DNA of 64,000 nt from Muribaculaceae bacterium (GTDB lineage: Bacteria > Bacteroidota > Bacteroidia > Bacteroidales > G3-4614). Where the stretch lies: positions 2,457-66,456 of the forward strand of contig JAFYRT010000067.1 of the NCBI GenBank assembly GCA_017546805.1, given 5' to 3'. Below are positions 10,207 to 19,394 of the stretch, in pieces. The translations under genes and the position numbers were made by a program. The stretch's first letter is position 1; each line of letters begins with the position of its first letter. The notes under the pieces were generated by a model, which ran no database searches, was not told the DNA's origin, and saw nothing but the letters and a program-made list of their open reading frames with translations.

Positions 10207-12084
10207 ATGGATAAAAACACTATAATAGGATTTCTTCTTATAGCGGCATTACTTTTCGGATACTCGTGGTTGAACCAACCCTCGCAAGAGGAGTTGGCTC
10301 AAGCGCGTTATAACGATTCGATTGCTTATGTTCAAGCTCAAGAGTTGAAAAACTTAGCGAACGTTAAGTCGAAATCGACCGAGGAGTTTTTGGATTCGGC
10401 AGTAATTGATGCAAAACTAAAATCAAAATATGGAGTATTCTCAAATGCTTCACAAGGAGTATCAGAGAAAGTAACTCTATCAAACAACCTTCTTGAACTT
10501 CAGTTCGATACAAAAGGAGGTATGATTTCAAAAGCAACACTAAAAGAGTATTCTCGATACGATTCTTTGCCAGTTGTGTTGTTTGACGAAACAGATAATA
10601 GTTTAGGATTCTTGTTTAAACCATCAGGAAGAGTTATAAATACCAACGACTTGTATTTTGTGCCTCAACAAACAAGTGATTCAACATTGTTGATGACATT
10701 GTTCTCTGATGCGGGAGCAACATTCACTCTAAAATATACCTTGCCATCTGATAGTTATATGTTGGATGTTCAAATTATGCAAGATGGTATGGAGAATGTG
10801 TTGCCCAAGAACATGACAAACTTGGACTTTACTTGGATGCAAAAACTACGCAGCCAAGAAAAAGGAAGAATGTTTGAGGAGAGAAACAGCTCTCTATACT
10901 ACAAACGTTCGGGTTCTGAGGTTGATAAACTATCCGAGACAGGAGAGGATGCTGAAAATATACAATTAGGTATAAAATGGATTGGATTTAAGAATCAATT
11001 CTTCTCATCAGTATTGATTGCTGACAACCGATTTAACGGAGCACAACTATATTCACAAGCATTGGAGAAAGATAGTGCCTATTTGAAAACATATAAGGCT
11101 GAGACTTCGTTTGATTATAACCCATTGAACCCCGAAGGCCCAGCATTTAAAATGTTCCTTGGACCTAATCTATACCCATTGTTGAAATCGTACGATTCAG
11201 GAGTAGAGGAAGAGAATGAGTTGAATCTTGACGAACTTATACCATTGGGATGGACTCTATTCCGTTGGATAAATACATGTATTGTGATTCCTGTATTCAC
11301 CTTCTTGGGTAAATATATCGACAATTACGGTTTGATAATATTATTGCTTACAATAATAATAAAGATAATAATATTGCCAATGACATACAAATCATATATG
11401 TCAACAGCAAAGATTAGAGTCTTGAAACCTCAAATTGATGAGATAAACGCTAAATATCCAGGAAATGAAAAGGCGTTGGAGCGTCAAAGAGCAACAATGG
11501 AGTTGTATAGCAAAGCCGGTGCAAGTCCAATGAGCGGATGTTTGCCAATGTTGTTGCAAATGCCTATTTTGATTGCAATGTTTGCATTCTTCCCATCATC
11601 AATTGAGTTGAGAGGAGAGTCGTTCTTGTGGGCAGATGACCTTTCGGCATACGATGCAATTTTGACTTGGGATGCAAATATTCCTATCATATCATGGATA
11701 TTCGGAAACCACTTAAGTCTATTCTGTTTGTTGATGACAGTAACAAACATAATTTACACAAAGATAAACATGGATAGTCAGGCATCAGGAGCACAAATGC
11801 CTGGAATGAAGTGGATGATGTATCTAATGCCGTTGATGTTCTTGGTATTCTTCAATAACTATGCAGCAGGTTTGAGCTACTATTATTTTGTATCATTATT
11901 GATAACTATTCTTCAAACTTATGCTTTCCGCAAATTCATTGATGAAGAAAAAGTTTTGGCAAAATTAAAAGAGAACCAAAAGAAACCTCGCAAGAAAAGC
12001 GGATTTATGGCACGATTGGAGGAGGCTCAAAAACGTCAAGAGGCGTTGATGAGAGAGCGTGCAAAACAAAATGCAAGACGCTAA
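10207..12084 (+). CDS. yidC: Membrane protein insertase YidC (long Bacteroidota form)
   Basis: 625 aa with a large periplasmic domain. The conserved C-terminal core contains MSGCLPMLLQMPILIAMF and the tail is basic. Confidence 0.95.
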   Translation: MDKNTIIGFLLIAALLFGYSWLNQPSQEELAQARYNDSIAYVQAQELKNLANVKSKSTEEFLDSAVIDAKLKSKYGVFSNASQGVSEKVTLSNNLLELQFDTKGGMISKATLKEYSRYDSLPVVLFDETDNSLGFLFKPSGRVINTNDLYFVPQQTSDSTLLMTLFSDAGATFTLKYTLPSDSYMLDVQIMQDGMENVLPKNMTNLDFTWMQKLRSQEKGRMFEERNSSLYYKRSGSEVDKLSETGEDAENIQLGIKWIGFKNQFFSSVLIADNRFNGAQLYSQALEKDSAYLKTYKAETSFDYNPLNPEGPAFKMFLGPNLYPLLKSYDSGVEEENELNLDELIPLGWTLFRWINTCIVIPVFTFLGKYIDNYGLIILLLTIIIKIIILPMTYKSYMSTAKIRVLKPQIDEINAKYPGNEKALERQRATMELYSKAGASPMSGCLPMLLQMPILIAMFAFFPSSIELRGESFLWADDLSAYDAILTWDANIPIISWIFGNHLSLFCLLMTVTNIIYTKINMDSQASGAQMPGMKWMMYLMPLMFLVFFNNYAAGLSYYYFVSLLITILQTYAFRKFIDEEKVLAKLKENQKKPRKKSGFMARLEEAQKRQEALMRERAKQNARR

Positions 12085-12119
12085 GTATGATAATATAAAA
12101 ATACCAATACGACAATAAA

Positions 12120-12149
12120 CATCGAGTACCATATGGTACTCGATGTTTT
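12120..12149 (+). terminator. Intrinsic terminator after yidC
   Basis: catcgagtacc-atat-ggtactcgatg forms an 11-bp perfect stem followed by TTTT. Confidence 0.65.
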
Positions 12150-12182
12150 GTTCTTAAATATAGGTGAGTTAATTCTATAAAT

Positions 12183-15100
12183 ATGAAAAAGTTTTTATTA
12201 CTCTGTTTAACCCTAAGTGTAGTATCTTCTGTTTACTCTGTAAATTGGAGTTATCCAAAATCAGCAATTGAAGATCCGACAGGAACTGCTAACACTGAAC
12301 TTCGTGATGGTAGTAAAGAAAAACCATATACAATCAGTACTGCACAAGAGTTGGCAAACTTCGCTTATTATGTAAACAATCACTCAACAGGAGCTGCATA
12401 TAAAAATAAATATGTAGAGCTTACTGCTGATATTAAACTAAATGATTGGGTTATTAATGAAAACGGAGAGATTAACACTTCGGCACAACAATGGGTTCCT
12501 ATTGGAGAGTATGGAGTATTTTATAACGATAGTTTTGAGGGAATTTTTGACGGAAAAGGACACACTATTAGTGGAGTATATATAACTAAAGAGTACTCAT
12601 ATAACGGACTATTTGGAGACCTTAAACATGGTAGTATTAAGAATCTAAATGTAAAGGATAGTTACATTGTAAAGGGTTCTAAATGCACAGGAGGATTAGT
12701 TGCATACGTACATGGAACCTCTATTGAAAGCGATGGGGTAAAATTGGTAGCAAACTGCTCTTTCCAAGGAGTTATTGAAGGAAATGGCTCAAATGGTACA
12801 TACGTTGGAGGGATTGTAGGTCATGAGGAGTCGAGTTCAAAATTTACTATAAAGAACTGTTCAAATGAAGGCCGTATATCGGATGCTAATGGTTCATACA
12901 TTGGAGGTATATGTGCCTATGGAACAGTTGTAGATGTAGTAGATTGTGTAAATAGAATGGATATTAGTGGAGGTAAAGATTATAGCATAGGTGGTATCTC
13001 TGCCAAAGTTCATGGAGTTGATAATTGTATTAACTATGGAAATATAGACAATAGTACAGCAAAGAATATTGGAGGTATTATTGGAGAAATGACCAATTCA
13101 ATATCAAAATGTGTAAACTACGGAGCTATAACTATTTCTGGTAGCAAAACCACATACGTAGGAGGTATAGTTGGTACTACCACCAATAATGTTGTATTCT
13201 GCGGAAATTTCGGTACTATAAATGCAACAAGTGTTACCCCATCAAACGAATTGTATATAGGAGGTATTGTTGGTCAGACAGGTTATCTTATAAAAAAATG
13301 TTACAACCATGGCAATATAAATGCAACATCAAATAGTATAAAACGTGCCGGTCTTGTGGGCGAATACATGGCGGATGTAAATTATGGTAATATTTCTAAT
13401 TGTTTCAATACAGGTAGTATCTCTGGCGGTTATGCTATTGCAGCAAAAGTAGCTACTCAGGGAGATATGCAAGAAGCTAATGTTTTGTGGTTAGAGGGTT
13501 CTGCCATTCAAGGCTTCCCAAGCACCGATGCTGACACAAAACGTAGTGAAGAATACTTTACTGACAACACAATATCAGGTAATGCTTTTGCCATAATGGA
13601 GAGTGCCACAGGAGAGCTTTGGGGAAGCGATATAACTAATAATGGTTATCCTATTCCTTGTTATTTGGGAGGAGTAAATACATACTTCTATAAACAAGGA
13701 GAGTATGGAACAGATGCTAACCCATTTATAATTGAGACTCTTGATGACGTAAATGAGATTAGAAAATGTATTTTATCGGGAGAAACTTTTGAAGGAAAAT
13801 TCTTATCTCAACTTTCTGATATAGATTTCTCGTCTGAAGAGAACTTTATCCCTATTGGACTAAAATTTGACATAAAAGATTTAGCTGGAACTATTATAGA
13901 TTTATCAACAACATTTTCGTTTGCTGGTGTTTATGATGGTAATGGCAGATGTATAAAAGGGATTTCAGTTAATAATACTACAAGATGTGGTGCTGCTCTC
14001 TTTGCTGAAAATAAAGGAGTAATAAAAAATCTTACCTTTGACGGATTCTCAAATGTTGATAATAGTGTAGAGCCTGCTAATATTGCAGCGGTTGCAGTTG
14101 TAAATAATGGAACTATTAGCAATGTTGTTGTAAAAAATATCAACTTGATTGTAGAGCGTGCCGCTGTTGCGGGTGTTGTTGGAACTAATAATGGTGTTGT
14201 GGAAAATACATCGGTAGTCAATGTGGTTCTTAAAGGTAAATACGCAGGAGGTGTTGTAGGTGTAAACAATGGAAGTGTGGTAAATACAATGGTGTATAAT
14301 TCTACTCTTGAGGGTGTTTATGTCGGAGGTATTGCAGCAAAAAGTTCTGGAACAATTGATAAAACATCGGTCTTTAATACCGATGTTATAGGTAGTTGTC
14401 TTGGAGGTATTGCAGGAGTGACAGAAGAGGGAATTATTCTTCACTCAACATCAGCCGCGGTACTTGATTCAAGAAATTGTTCTTTTGAAACAGGAAAACA
14501 ACCATATATGGGAGGTATTGTAGGTCTTGCTAATGGAGTAGATATTCAATATAGTAGTGCGATAGCAGACACTGCATACTACCTTTATGATAGTAATAGC
14601 CAAACAGCCTTAGGAGGTCTTATAGGTGCTAATGAGGAGCCTAAAACTCTTAAAGTAGTATCATCGGTTGCCTCATGGATGGGAACTTTGCCTAACGATA
14701 TACAATTTGGACCTATTGCTGCTAAGGCAAATATTAACTCATTCTATTCAGTATCTGATATGATTGTATATGCTTTGCAGTATAGAGCGAGAGAAAATGA
14801 ACTTGTTTGGTATGGCTTAGCTACTTCGGTAAATCATACTCAAGAGAAAAATATTAGATTCTTATATACAAATGATTTTAAGAGAACAGACGTTGAATGG
14901 GATGTAAACTATTTTAATAAAGATAACATGGTTCAAGGATATAAAATGGTGTTGCCAAAGTACTCTCCTACAACTTATGCTGTTAATAGTTTTGGCACAA
15001 CGCCTATTGCAACATATCTTGATATGACTTTTGTTAAACCAACAGACAATACTCTTTTTGAGCCAACTGACTCAAATGTTGTTAAAGAGTTCTACGATTT

Positions 15101-15773
15101 GCCAAATGTTTGCAACGGTAATACAGTTCGAAACCTTTATGTTGTTGACGGTAAAGATTTTGATTGTGCATATTCTCTTACTGCTGAAAATATCACTTTT
15201 GAACGTAAAAACATAGCTGGTTGGACAGCTATGTCTCTTCCTTTCAATATCGCACAAGATATGTTGCCAGAAAACTCAATCATTGAGGAGGTGGTTAGTG
15301 TTGATACCAATGCAGGTAAAGTCTATACACAAACAGTAACTTCAATCAATGCAGGTATGCCATTCTTGTTATATTGTGAAGATGAAAACTTTGTAGTTTC
15401 ATTATATGAGTACAAAGATAAAATAGTAACATCTCCAGGTGAAATGTTAAATTTGTTCTATGGAACATTTACGGCTACTGATGTTGATTCTGAATATTTT
15501 GTATTAGATAAATCAGGAGAGAACTTTGTAAAATCAACAGGAAATAGCAAAGTTGCTCCATTTAATGCATATATATTAGATGAAGAACTAAGCAAATTTG
15601 AATCAATTAAGATTGTTCGTGAGCCTACTACTGGTGTTGAAAACTCAACAATTGATAACTCTATTGAAGAAGATGGTGAGCAAGTGATATACGACATCTA
15701 TGGACGTCGTGTGTTTGAAACCATTACTCCTGGAGTATATATTATCAATGGTAAGAAAGTGTTAAAGAGATAA
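12183..15773 (+). CDS. Large secreted GLUG-motif repeat protein with a T9SS C-terminal sorting domain
   Basis: 1196 aa with a signal peptide. There are many GG(I/L/V)(V/I/A)G repeats (GGLVAYVHG, GGIVGHEE, GGIIGEMT, GGIVGTTT, GGVVGVNNG, GGIAGVTEEG). The C-terminus VIYDIYGRRVFETITPGVYIINGKKVLKR looks like a Por_Secre_tail. Confidence 0.75.
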   Translation: MKKFLLLCLTLSVVSSVYSVNWSYPKSAIEDPTGTANTELRDGSKEKPYTISTAQELANFAYYVNNHSTGAAYKNKYVELTADIKLNDWVINENGEINTSAQQWVPIGEYGVFYNDSFEGIFDGKGHTISGVYITKEYSYNGLFGDLKHGSIKNLNVKDSYIVKGSKCTGGLVAYVHGTSIESDGVKLVANCSFQGVIEGNGSNGTYVGGIVGHEESSSKFTIKNCSNEGRISDANGSYIGGICAYGTVVDVVDCVNRMDISGGKDYSIGGISAKVHGVDNCINYGNIDNSTAKNIGGIIGEMTNSISKCVNYGAITISGSKTTYVGGIVGTTTNNVVFCGNFGTINATSVTPSNELYIGGIVGQTGYLIKKCYNHGNINATSNSIKRAGLVGEYMADVNYGNISNCFNTGSISGGYAIAAKVATQGDMQEANVLWLEGSAIQGFPSTDADTKRSEEYFTDNTISGNAFAIMESATGELWGSDITNNGYPIPCYLGGVNTYFYKQGEYGTDANPFIIETLDDVNEIRKCILSGETFEGKFLSQLSDIDFSSEENFIPIGLKFDIKDLAGTIIDLSTTFSFAGVYDGNGRCIKGISVNNTTRCGAALFAENKGVIKNLTFDGFSNVDNSVEPANIAAVAVVNNGTISNVVVKNINLIVERAAVAGVVGTNNGVVENTSVVNVVLKGKYAGGVVGVNNGSVVNTMVYNSTLEGVYVGGIAAKSSGTIDKTSVFNTDVIGSCLGGIAGVTEEGIILHSTSAAVLDSRNCSFETGKQPYMGGIVGLANGVDIQYSSAIADTAYYLYDSNSQTALGGLIGANEEPKTLKVVSSVASWMGTLPNDIQFGPIAAKANINSFYSVSDMIVYALQYRARENELVWYGLATSVNHTQEKNIRFLYTNDFKRTDVEWDVNYFNKDNMVQGYKMVLPKYSPTTYAVNSFGTTPIATYLDMTFVKPTDNTLFEPTDSNVVKEFYDLPNVCNGNTVRNLYVVDGKDFDCAYSLTAENITFERKNIAGWTAMSLPFNIAQDMLPENSIIEEVVSVDTNAGKVYTQTVTSINAGMPFLLYCEDENFVVSLYEYKDKIVTSPGEMLNLFYGTFTATDVDSEYFVLDKSGENFVKSTGNSKVAPFNAYILDEELSKFESIKIVREPTTGVENSTIDNSIEEDGEQVIYDIYGRRVFETITPGVYIINGKKVLKR

Positions 15774-15827
15774 CAAATTGCAGAATATGTTTTTTTGACC
15801 TATATATACAAGCAAACCATTAAACAG

Positions 15828-15869
15828 AGAGATTGTATCTAAATAAAATATGATGCAATCTCTTTTTTT
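15828..15869 (+). terminator. Intrinsic terminator after the GLUG protein gene
   Basis: agagattgtatc / gatgcaatctct forms a 12-bp stem with one G-U pair and a 12-nt loop, followed by TTTTTT. Confidence 0.55.
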
Positions 15870-15919
15870 AGTATTAAATATTTTATATCTTTATCGAGTA
15901 AACCATAAATAAAAATTAT

Positions 15920-17707
15920 ATGAATAGAATTTACGTTTTAACCATTATGCTATTATTGTTTGTTTTCAATGCAAATGCAGATTATTGCAATAGAACAACA
16001 AATAGTAATTCATCAAGGTATCTGAAAAGTGTATCGTTTCAAGGAGGATATTACGAATTCTCTCCACTTTCCATAGCCACATCGGGATATTCTGCGATAT
16101 ATTATAATAAAACCTCAAAGGTTTTTTATGCAAATGCAGGCTCTACCATAACTCCACAAATAGATTACGAAGGAGCATGGATGCAAGGATATGTATATAT
16201 TGATTATGATAACGATGGTACATTTAACACAACAAACGAGTTGGTGGCATATAGCGGTTATATGCAAAATGGAGTTTGGCGTAATAGTAAAGGAGAACAG
16301 ATAGCAGATGGAGGTGTTTGTCCTCCAAGTACAGTACCGTCTTTTATTATTCCCGAATCTATGCCATCAGGAGATTACAGGATGAGGGTTAAAGTCGATT
16401 GGGATTCTCCAGATCCTTGCGGAAGAACATCAGCGACAGGTAACTCAATGGAACAAAACGGAGGAGCAATAGTGGATTTGACTCTTCGTTTATCAGGAGT
16501 AACACACAACTATACCATAACAATAGATAATCAATATACTAAAGAGTATATCTTGGAATGGTCGGATGAATTTGAAGAGAGACAATTGGATGAGAGGGTA
16601 TGGAGTAAAATAGAACCATATGAAAGCGGAAATCCGGATTGGAGAAAAAATATTTCGACCTATGATGGCTGTTTCGATTTTCGTGATGGCAATATTGTTT
16701 TAAGGGGAATACGTAATCCGGGAGAGGCAGAGACTCTTGATACACGAACTTATCTATGTGGAGGAATAGAGTCGTGGGGTAAGAAGAGTTTTAAGGACGG
16801 ACGTGTAGAGATTAGAGCTAAAACAACATCAGCACGAGGAGCATGGCCTGCATTATGGATGATGCCGGAAGACCAATCGGCTGGATGGCCAGGATGTGGA
16901 GAAATAGATATTTTTGAACACCTCAATTACGATTCGTTTGTATATCAAACCCTACATAGTAATTATACCTATAATGTAAACAAAGAGAATCCATTGTCGC
17001 ATATAACAGCATCGGTCGATGTATCAGATTATAATGTATATGGAGTAGAGTTGGCTTCAGACACAATAAAACTCATGCTTAACGATAACGTTACAATGGC
17101 ATACCCAAATATAGGAGCAACAGATCAGTTTCCCTATTCAAAAGAGTTCTATTTAATACTCGATATGCAGTTGGGTGGCTCTTGGGTAGGCTCGGTAACG
17201 GGCGAAAATTTACCTGTGGAGATGTATCTTGATTGGGTGAGGTTCTATAAAAGATACGAAACAGGGGGTAAATTATTGGTTAAGACACTTGAAAACAAAG
17301 TAATATCGTCAGGAGAAACAGTTCCTGAAAATACAGTTTTGTTAATAACTGCAACACCTATAGAGGGATATGTAATAGAATCGCTTGTAGTAAATGGAGT
17401 AGATGTGACAGCCGAACATAATGTTTCAGGAAGTTATGCATATTGTCCAACCACATCAACAACAATTGCAGCGACATATAAACCAAAATCAGCTTCAGTG
17501 GAAACAGTCGAGCAAGAGGAGAGTGTAGTATATGTGGCTAATAATAGGATTGTCGTTGTTTCGTCTAAACCTGAGAATGTTGCAATTTACAATATGTCTG
17601 GAATGGTCGTAGACAAAAGAGTGGTGGAGAGTAGAATAGAGATTGAAAGAACTTCAGGCATCTACATCGTAGTAGTGGGAAGTAAAGCATATAAAGTAAA
17701 ACTGTAG
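15920..17707 (+). CDS. Glycoside hydrolase family 16 (beta-glucanase type). It has an N-terminal GEVED-like beta-sandwich domain, an InlB-B-repeat-like domain and a T9SS C-terminal domain.
   Basis: 595 aa. The GH16 catalytic motif GEIDIFEH (ExDxxE) is preceded by WPALWMMPED. The N-terminal domain ...YIDYDNDGTFNT...GDYRMRVKVDWDSPDPCG is shared with the sialidase. The C-terminus is VAIYNMSGMVV...GIYIVVVGSKAYKVKL. Confidence 0.85.
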   Translation: MNRIYVLTIMLLLFVFNANADYCNRTTNSNSSRYLKSVSFQGGYYEFSPLSIATSGYSAIYYNKTSKVFYANAGSTITPQIDYEGAWMQGYVYIDYDNDGTFNTTNELVAYSGYMQNGVWRNSKGEQIADGGVCPPSTVPSFIIPESMPSGDYRMRVKVDWDSPDPCGRTSATGNSMEQNGGAIVDLTLRLSGVTHNYTITIDNQYTKEYILEWSDEFEERQLDERVWSKIEPYESGNPDWRKNISTYDGCFDFRDGNIVLRGIRNPGEAETLDTRTYLCGGIESWGKKSFKDGRVEIRAKTTSARGAWPALWMMPEDQSAGWPGCGEIDIFEHLNYDSFVYQTLHSNYTYNVNKENPLSHITASVDVSDYNVYGVELASDTIKLMLNDNVTMAYPNIGATDQFPYSKEFYLILDMQLGGSWVGSVTGENLPVEMYLDWVRFYKRYETGGKLLVKTLENKVISSGETVPENTVLLITATPIEGYVIESLVVNGVDVTAEHNVSGSYAYCPTTSTTIAATYKPKSASVETVEQEESVVYVANNRIVVVSSKPENVAIYNMSGMVVDKRVVESRIEIERTSGIYIVVVGSKAYKVKL

Positions 17708-17726
17708 CATACAGAATAAGAGAGGT

Positions 17727-17765
17727 AAAAAAAAATACAAGGTCGACGACCTTGTATTTTTTTTT
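17727..17765. terminator. Bidirectional intrinsic terminator
   Basis: A9-atacaaggtc-gac-gaccttgtat-T9. It is a perfect 10-bp stem flanked by an A-run and a T-run, between the convergent GH16 and secG genes. Confidence 0.7.
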
Positions 17766-17823
17766 GTTTGTATATATTGTTTCAGTGTTTGCTACAAAAG
17801 AGGATAAGCGAGATGACAAGAAT

Positions 17824-17855
17824 AAAAAAATAGGTTTTGTAACACAAAACCTATT
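17824..17855 (-). terminator. Intrinsic terminator after secG (minus strand)
   Basis: aataggttttgt-aac-acaaaacctatt forms a 12-bp stem. On the minus strand it is followed by a T-run, which is the plus-strand A-run at 17824-17830. Confidence 0.65.
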
Positions 17856-17878
17856 CGTAAAATTTAAATAATCAAATA

Positions 17879-18223
17879 TTAATTTTGAGTATTTTCGATA
17901 TCAGAACCTGCGTTCTCCTCGATATTCATGATTTCAGAATTGATAGCAGCTTCTTCGATAATGCTCTCTTGGATTGCTGAAGAGCTTTCGCTTCCGTTAG
18001 AGATGAATGCTGCAGAAACAATACTTAAAATAACAATTGCGGCAGCTAAAGTCCAAGTTGCTTTTTCAAGGAAGTCTGTAGTTTTTCTAACTCCCATAAT
18101 TTGATTTGAAGAAGCAAATCCTGAAGCTAAACCTCCACCTTTTGAGTTTTGTACCAACACAATTAAAATCATTAATACTGCTGCAAGTACGATAAGAATA
18201 GTAACAAATGTGAATGTTGTCAT
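17879..18223 (-). CDS. secG: Preprotein translocase subunit SecG
   Basis: 114 aa. The sequence MTTFTFVTILIVLAAVLMILIVLVQNSKGGGLASGF... followed by a second TM helix is the classic SecG layout. Confidence 0.88.
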   Translation of the reverse strand: MTTFTFVTILIVLAAVLMILIVLVQNSKGGGLASGFASSNQIMGVRKTTDFLEKATWTLAAAIVILSIVSAAFISNGSESSSAIQESIIEEAAINSEIMNIEENAGSDIENTQN

Positions 18224-18226
18224 TTT

Positions 18227-18874
18227 TTATTCGGTTTTTACATTAATAATCAATTTTTCTAAAAATCTAATTTGGTCTGCAAAGTAAATATTTTTTTCTG
18301 GATTTTTCAAACTTATGCCCTTAATAATTTCCAAAGCGCGCTCATATTTACGCTGTTTGATATATATATGAGCCAAACTCTCAGTGAAAAAAGACTCTTC
18401 GATAGGTTTTGAATACTCCTCTTCCTCTAAATTGTCAATATCTTCATCAGAACTATTTGTCTCCTCTTCGCTCTTTTTGAAATCACCGTTTTCTACAGCG
18501 TCTAAAAATGAGTTTATTGATTCTATTTGTTTGTCCGAACTCTCCTCAATAACATCCTCGCTCAATGTGAAATAATCAGAATTGTATCCTTCGCTCATAA
18601 TAATCTCATCGAGAGAAGATTCTGCAACTCCGCTCGATTCTAAAAAATTATCGATAGTAGAGAATTTGTCTTGTTCCTTTATCTTTTGCTCTGTATGAAT
18701 CTCAGTATTGGTTTTCTCCGTTTCCGATTTTGTGTTGTGCATAAACGCTGCCAACTTTTTTAATTCTTTTGATAGTACAACAATATTGTCTCCCGGCTTA
18801 TTCATAGCCGAAAGTAATGTGTTGCGTTTATATCCGTCAGAATTCTTCTGTTGTTTGTTTTTATCGGAACTCAT
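18227..18874 (-). CDS. Acidic protein with a C-terminal TPR-like helix pair, hypothetical
   Basis: 215 aa with a highly acidic middle part. The C-terminus reads ESLAHIYIKQRKYERALEIIKGISLKNPEKNIYFADQIRFLEKLI. It lies between lptE and secG with gaps of 7 and 3 nt. Confidence 0.55.
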   Translation of the reverse strand: MSSDKNKQQKNSDGYKRNTLLSAMNKPGDNIVVLSKELKKLAAFMHNTKSETEKTNTEIHTEQKIKEQDKFSTIDNFLESSGVAESSLDEIIMSEGYNSDYFTLSEDVIEESSDKQIESINSFLDAVENGDFKKSEEETNSSDEDIDNLEEEEYSKPIEESFFTESLAHIYIKQRKYERALEIIKGISLKNPEKNIYFADQIRFLEKLIINVKTE

Positions 18875-18881
18875 ATTCTTA

Positions 18882-19394
18882 TTACCAATTTGCTACAGTA
18901 GCATTAAATATAACATCGGCAAGCTCTTTGGTTATTTCATCAATAAGCTCATCCTGAACGTCAGTAAGCAATCTTGAACTATCAAAATCTCTATAAGCAC
19001 TGAATGTTTCGTCTATGCTGAATTGAGGATTTTTAGTATCTGTATATTTTACTCTTACTCTAACAGTTAATCTTGTTTGTGATGCGTATGCATCGCTTTT
19101 TACAGCCTGAGGAGTTAAGTCGTATCCTGTGATTTCTCCTTCTACTTGTAAGTCCCCGTTGGTTCTAACCATACTCAAACGGGTTTGTCTGATATAAATA
19201 TCTTGCAGTGCCTCATTGAATGCTTGAGCAAGCGGAGGGTATACAAGAGCCGCTCTGATTGGGAAATCAGCTATTGAAATAGTTTTGGTTGTATTATAGT
19301 CTATTGATGCTCCATTGAATTTGTATGAAATGGTGCATCCGCAAAAAACAACACAAACTGCAAATATGAGAATATGTTTAATTCTTTTATTCAT
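18882..19394 (-). CDS. lptE: LPS-assembly lipoprotein LptE family
   Basis: 170 aa with lipobox VFCGC. The size and the sequence ...ISIADFPIRAALVYPPLAQAFNEALQDIYIRQTRL...GEITGYDLTPQAV... are typical of Bacteroidota LptE. Its ATG overlaps the stop of the upstream activator gene by 1 nt (TAATG). Confidence 0.7.
   Translation of the reverse strand: MNKRIKHILIFAVCVVFCGCTISYKFNGASIDYNTTKTISIADFPIRAALVYPPLAQAFNEALQDIYIRQTRLSMVRTNGDLQVEGEITGYDLTPQAVKSDAYASQTRLTVRVRVKYTDTKNPQFSIDETFSAYRDFDSSRLLTDVQDELIDEITKELADVIFNATVANW

Noticed and set aside
13931-14444. Minus-strand ORFs of 112 and 131 aa inside the GLUG protein gene
   Set aside because: They are antisense to a repeat-rich region. The reverse frames of GGT/GTT-rich repeats stay open by composition, and the ORFs have no start context or motifs.
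17766-17822. Possible small gene or sRNA in the 57-nt spacer between two terminators (includes ORF 17565-17819, minus strand)
   Set aside because: The 84-aa ORF runs through the terminator hairpin and the GH16 3' end and has no promoter box. The shared ATAAGCGAG string with the 54.9-kb repeat is only 9 nt and could be chance.
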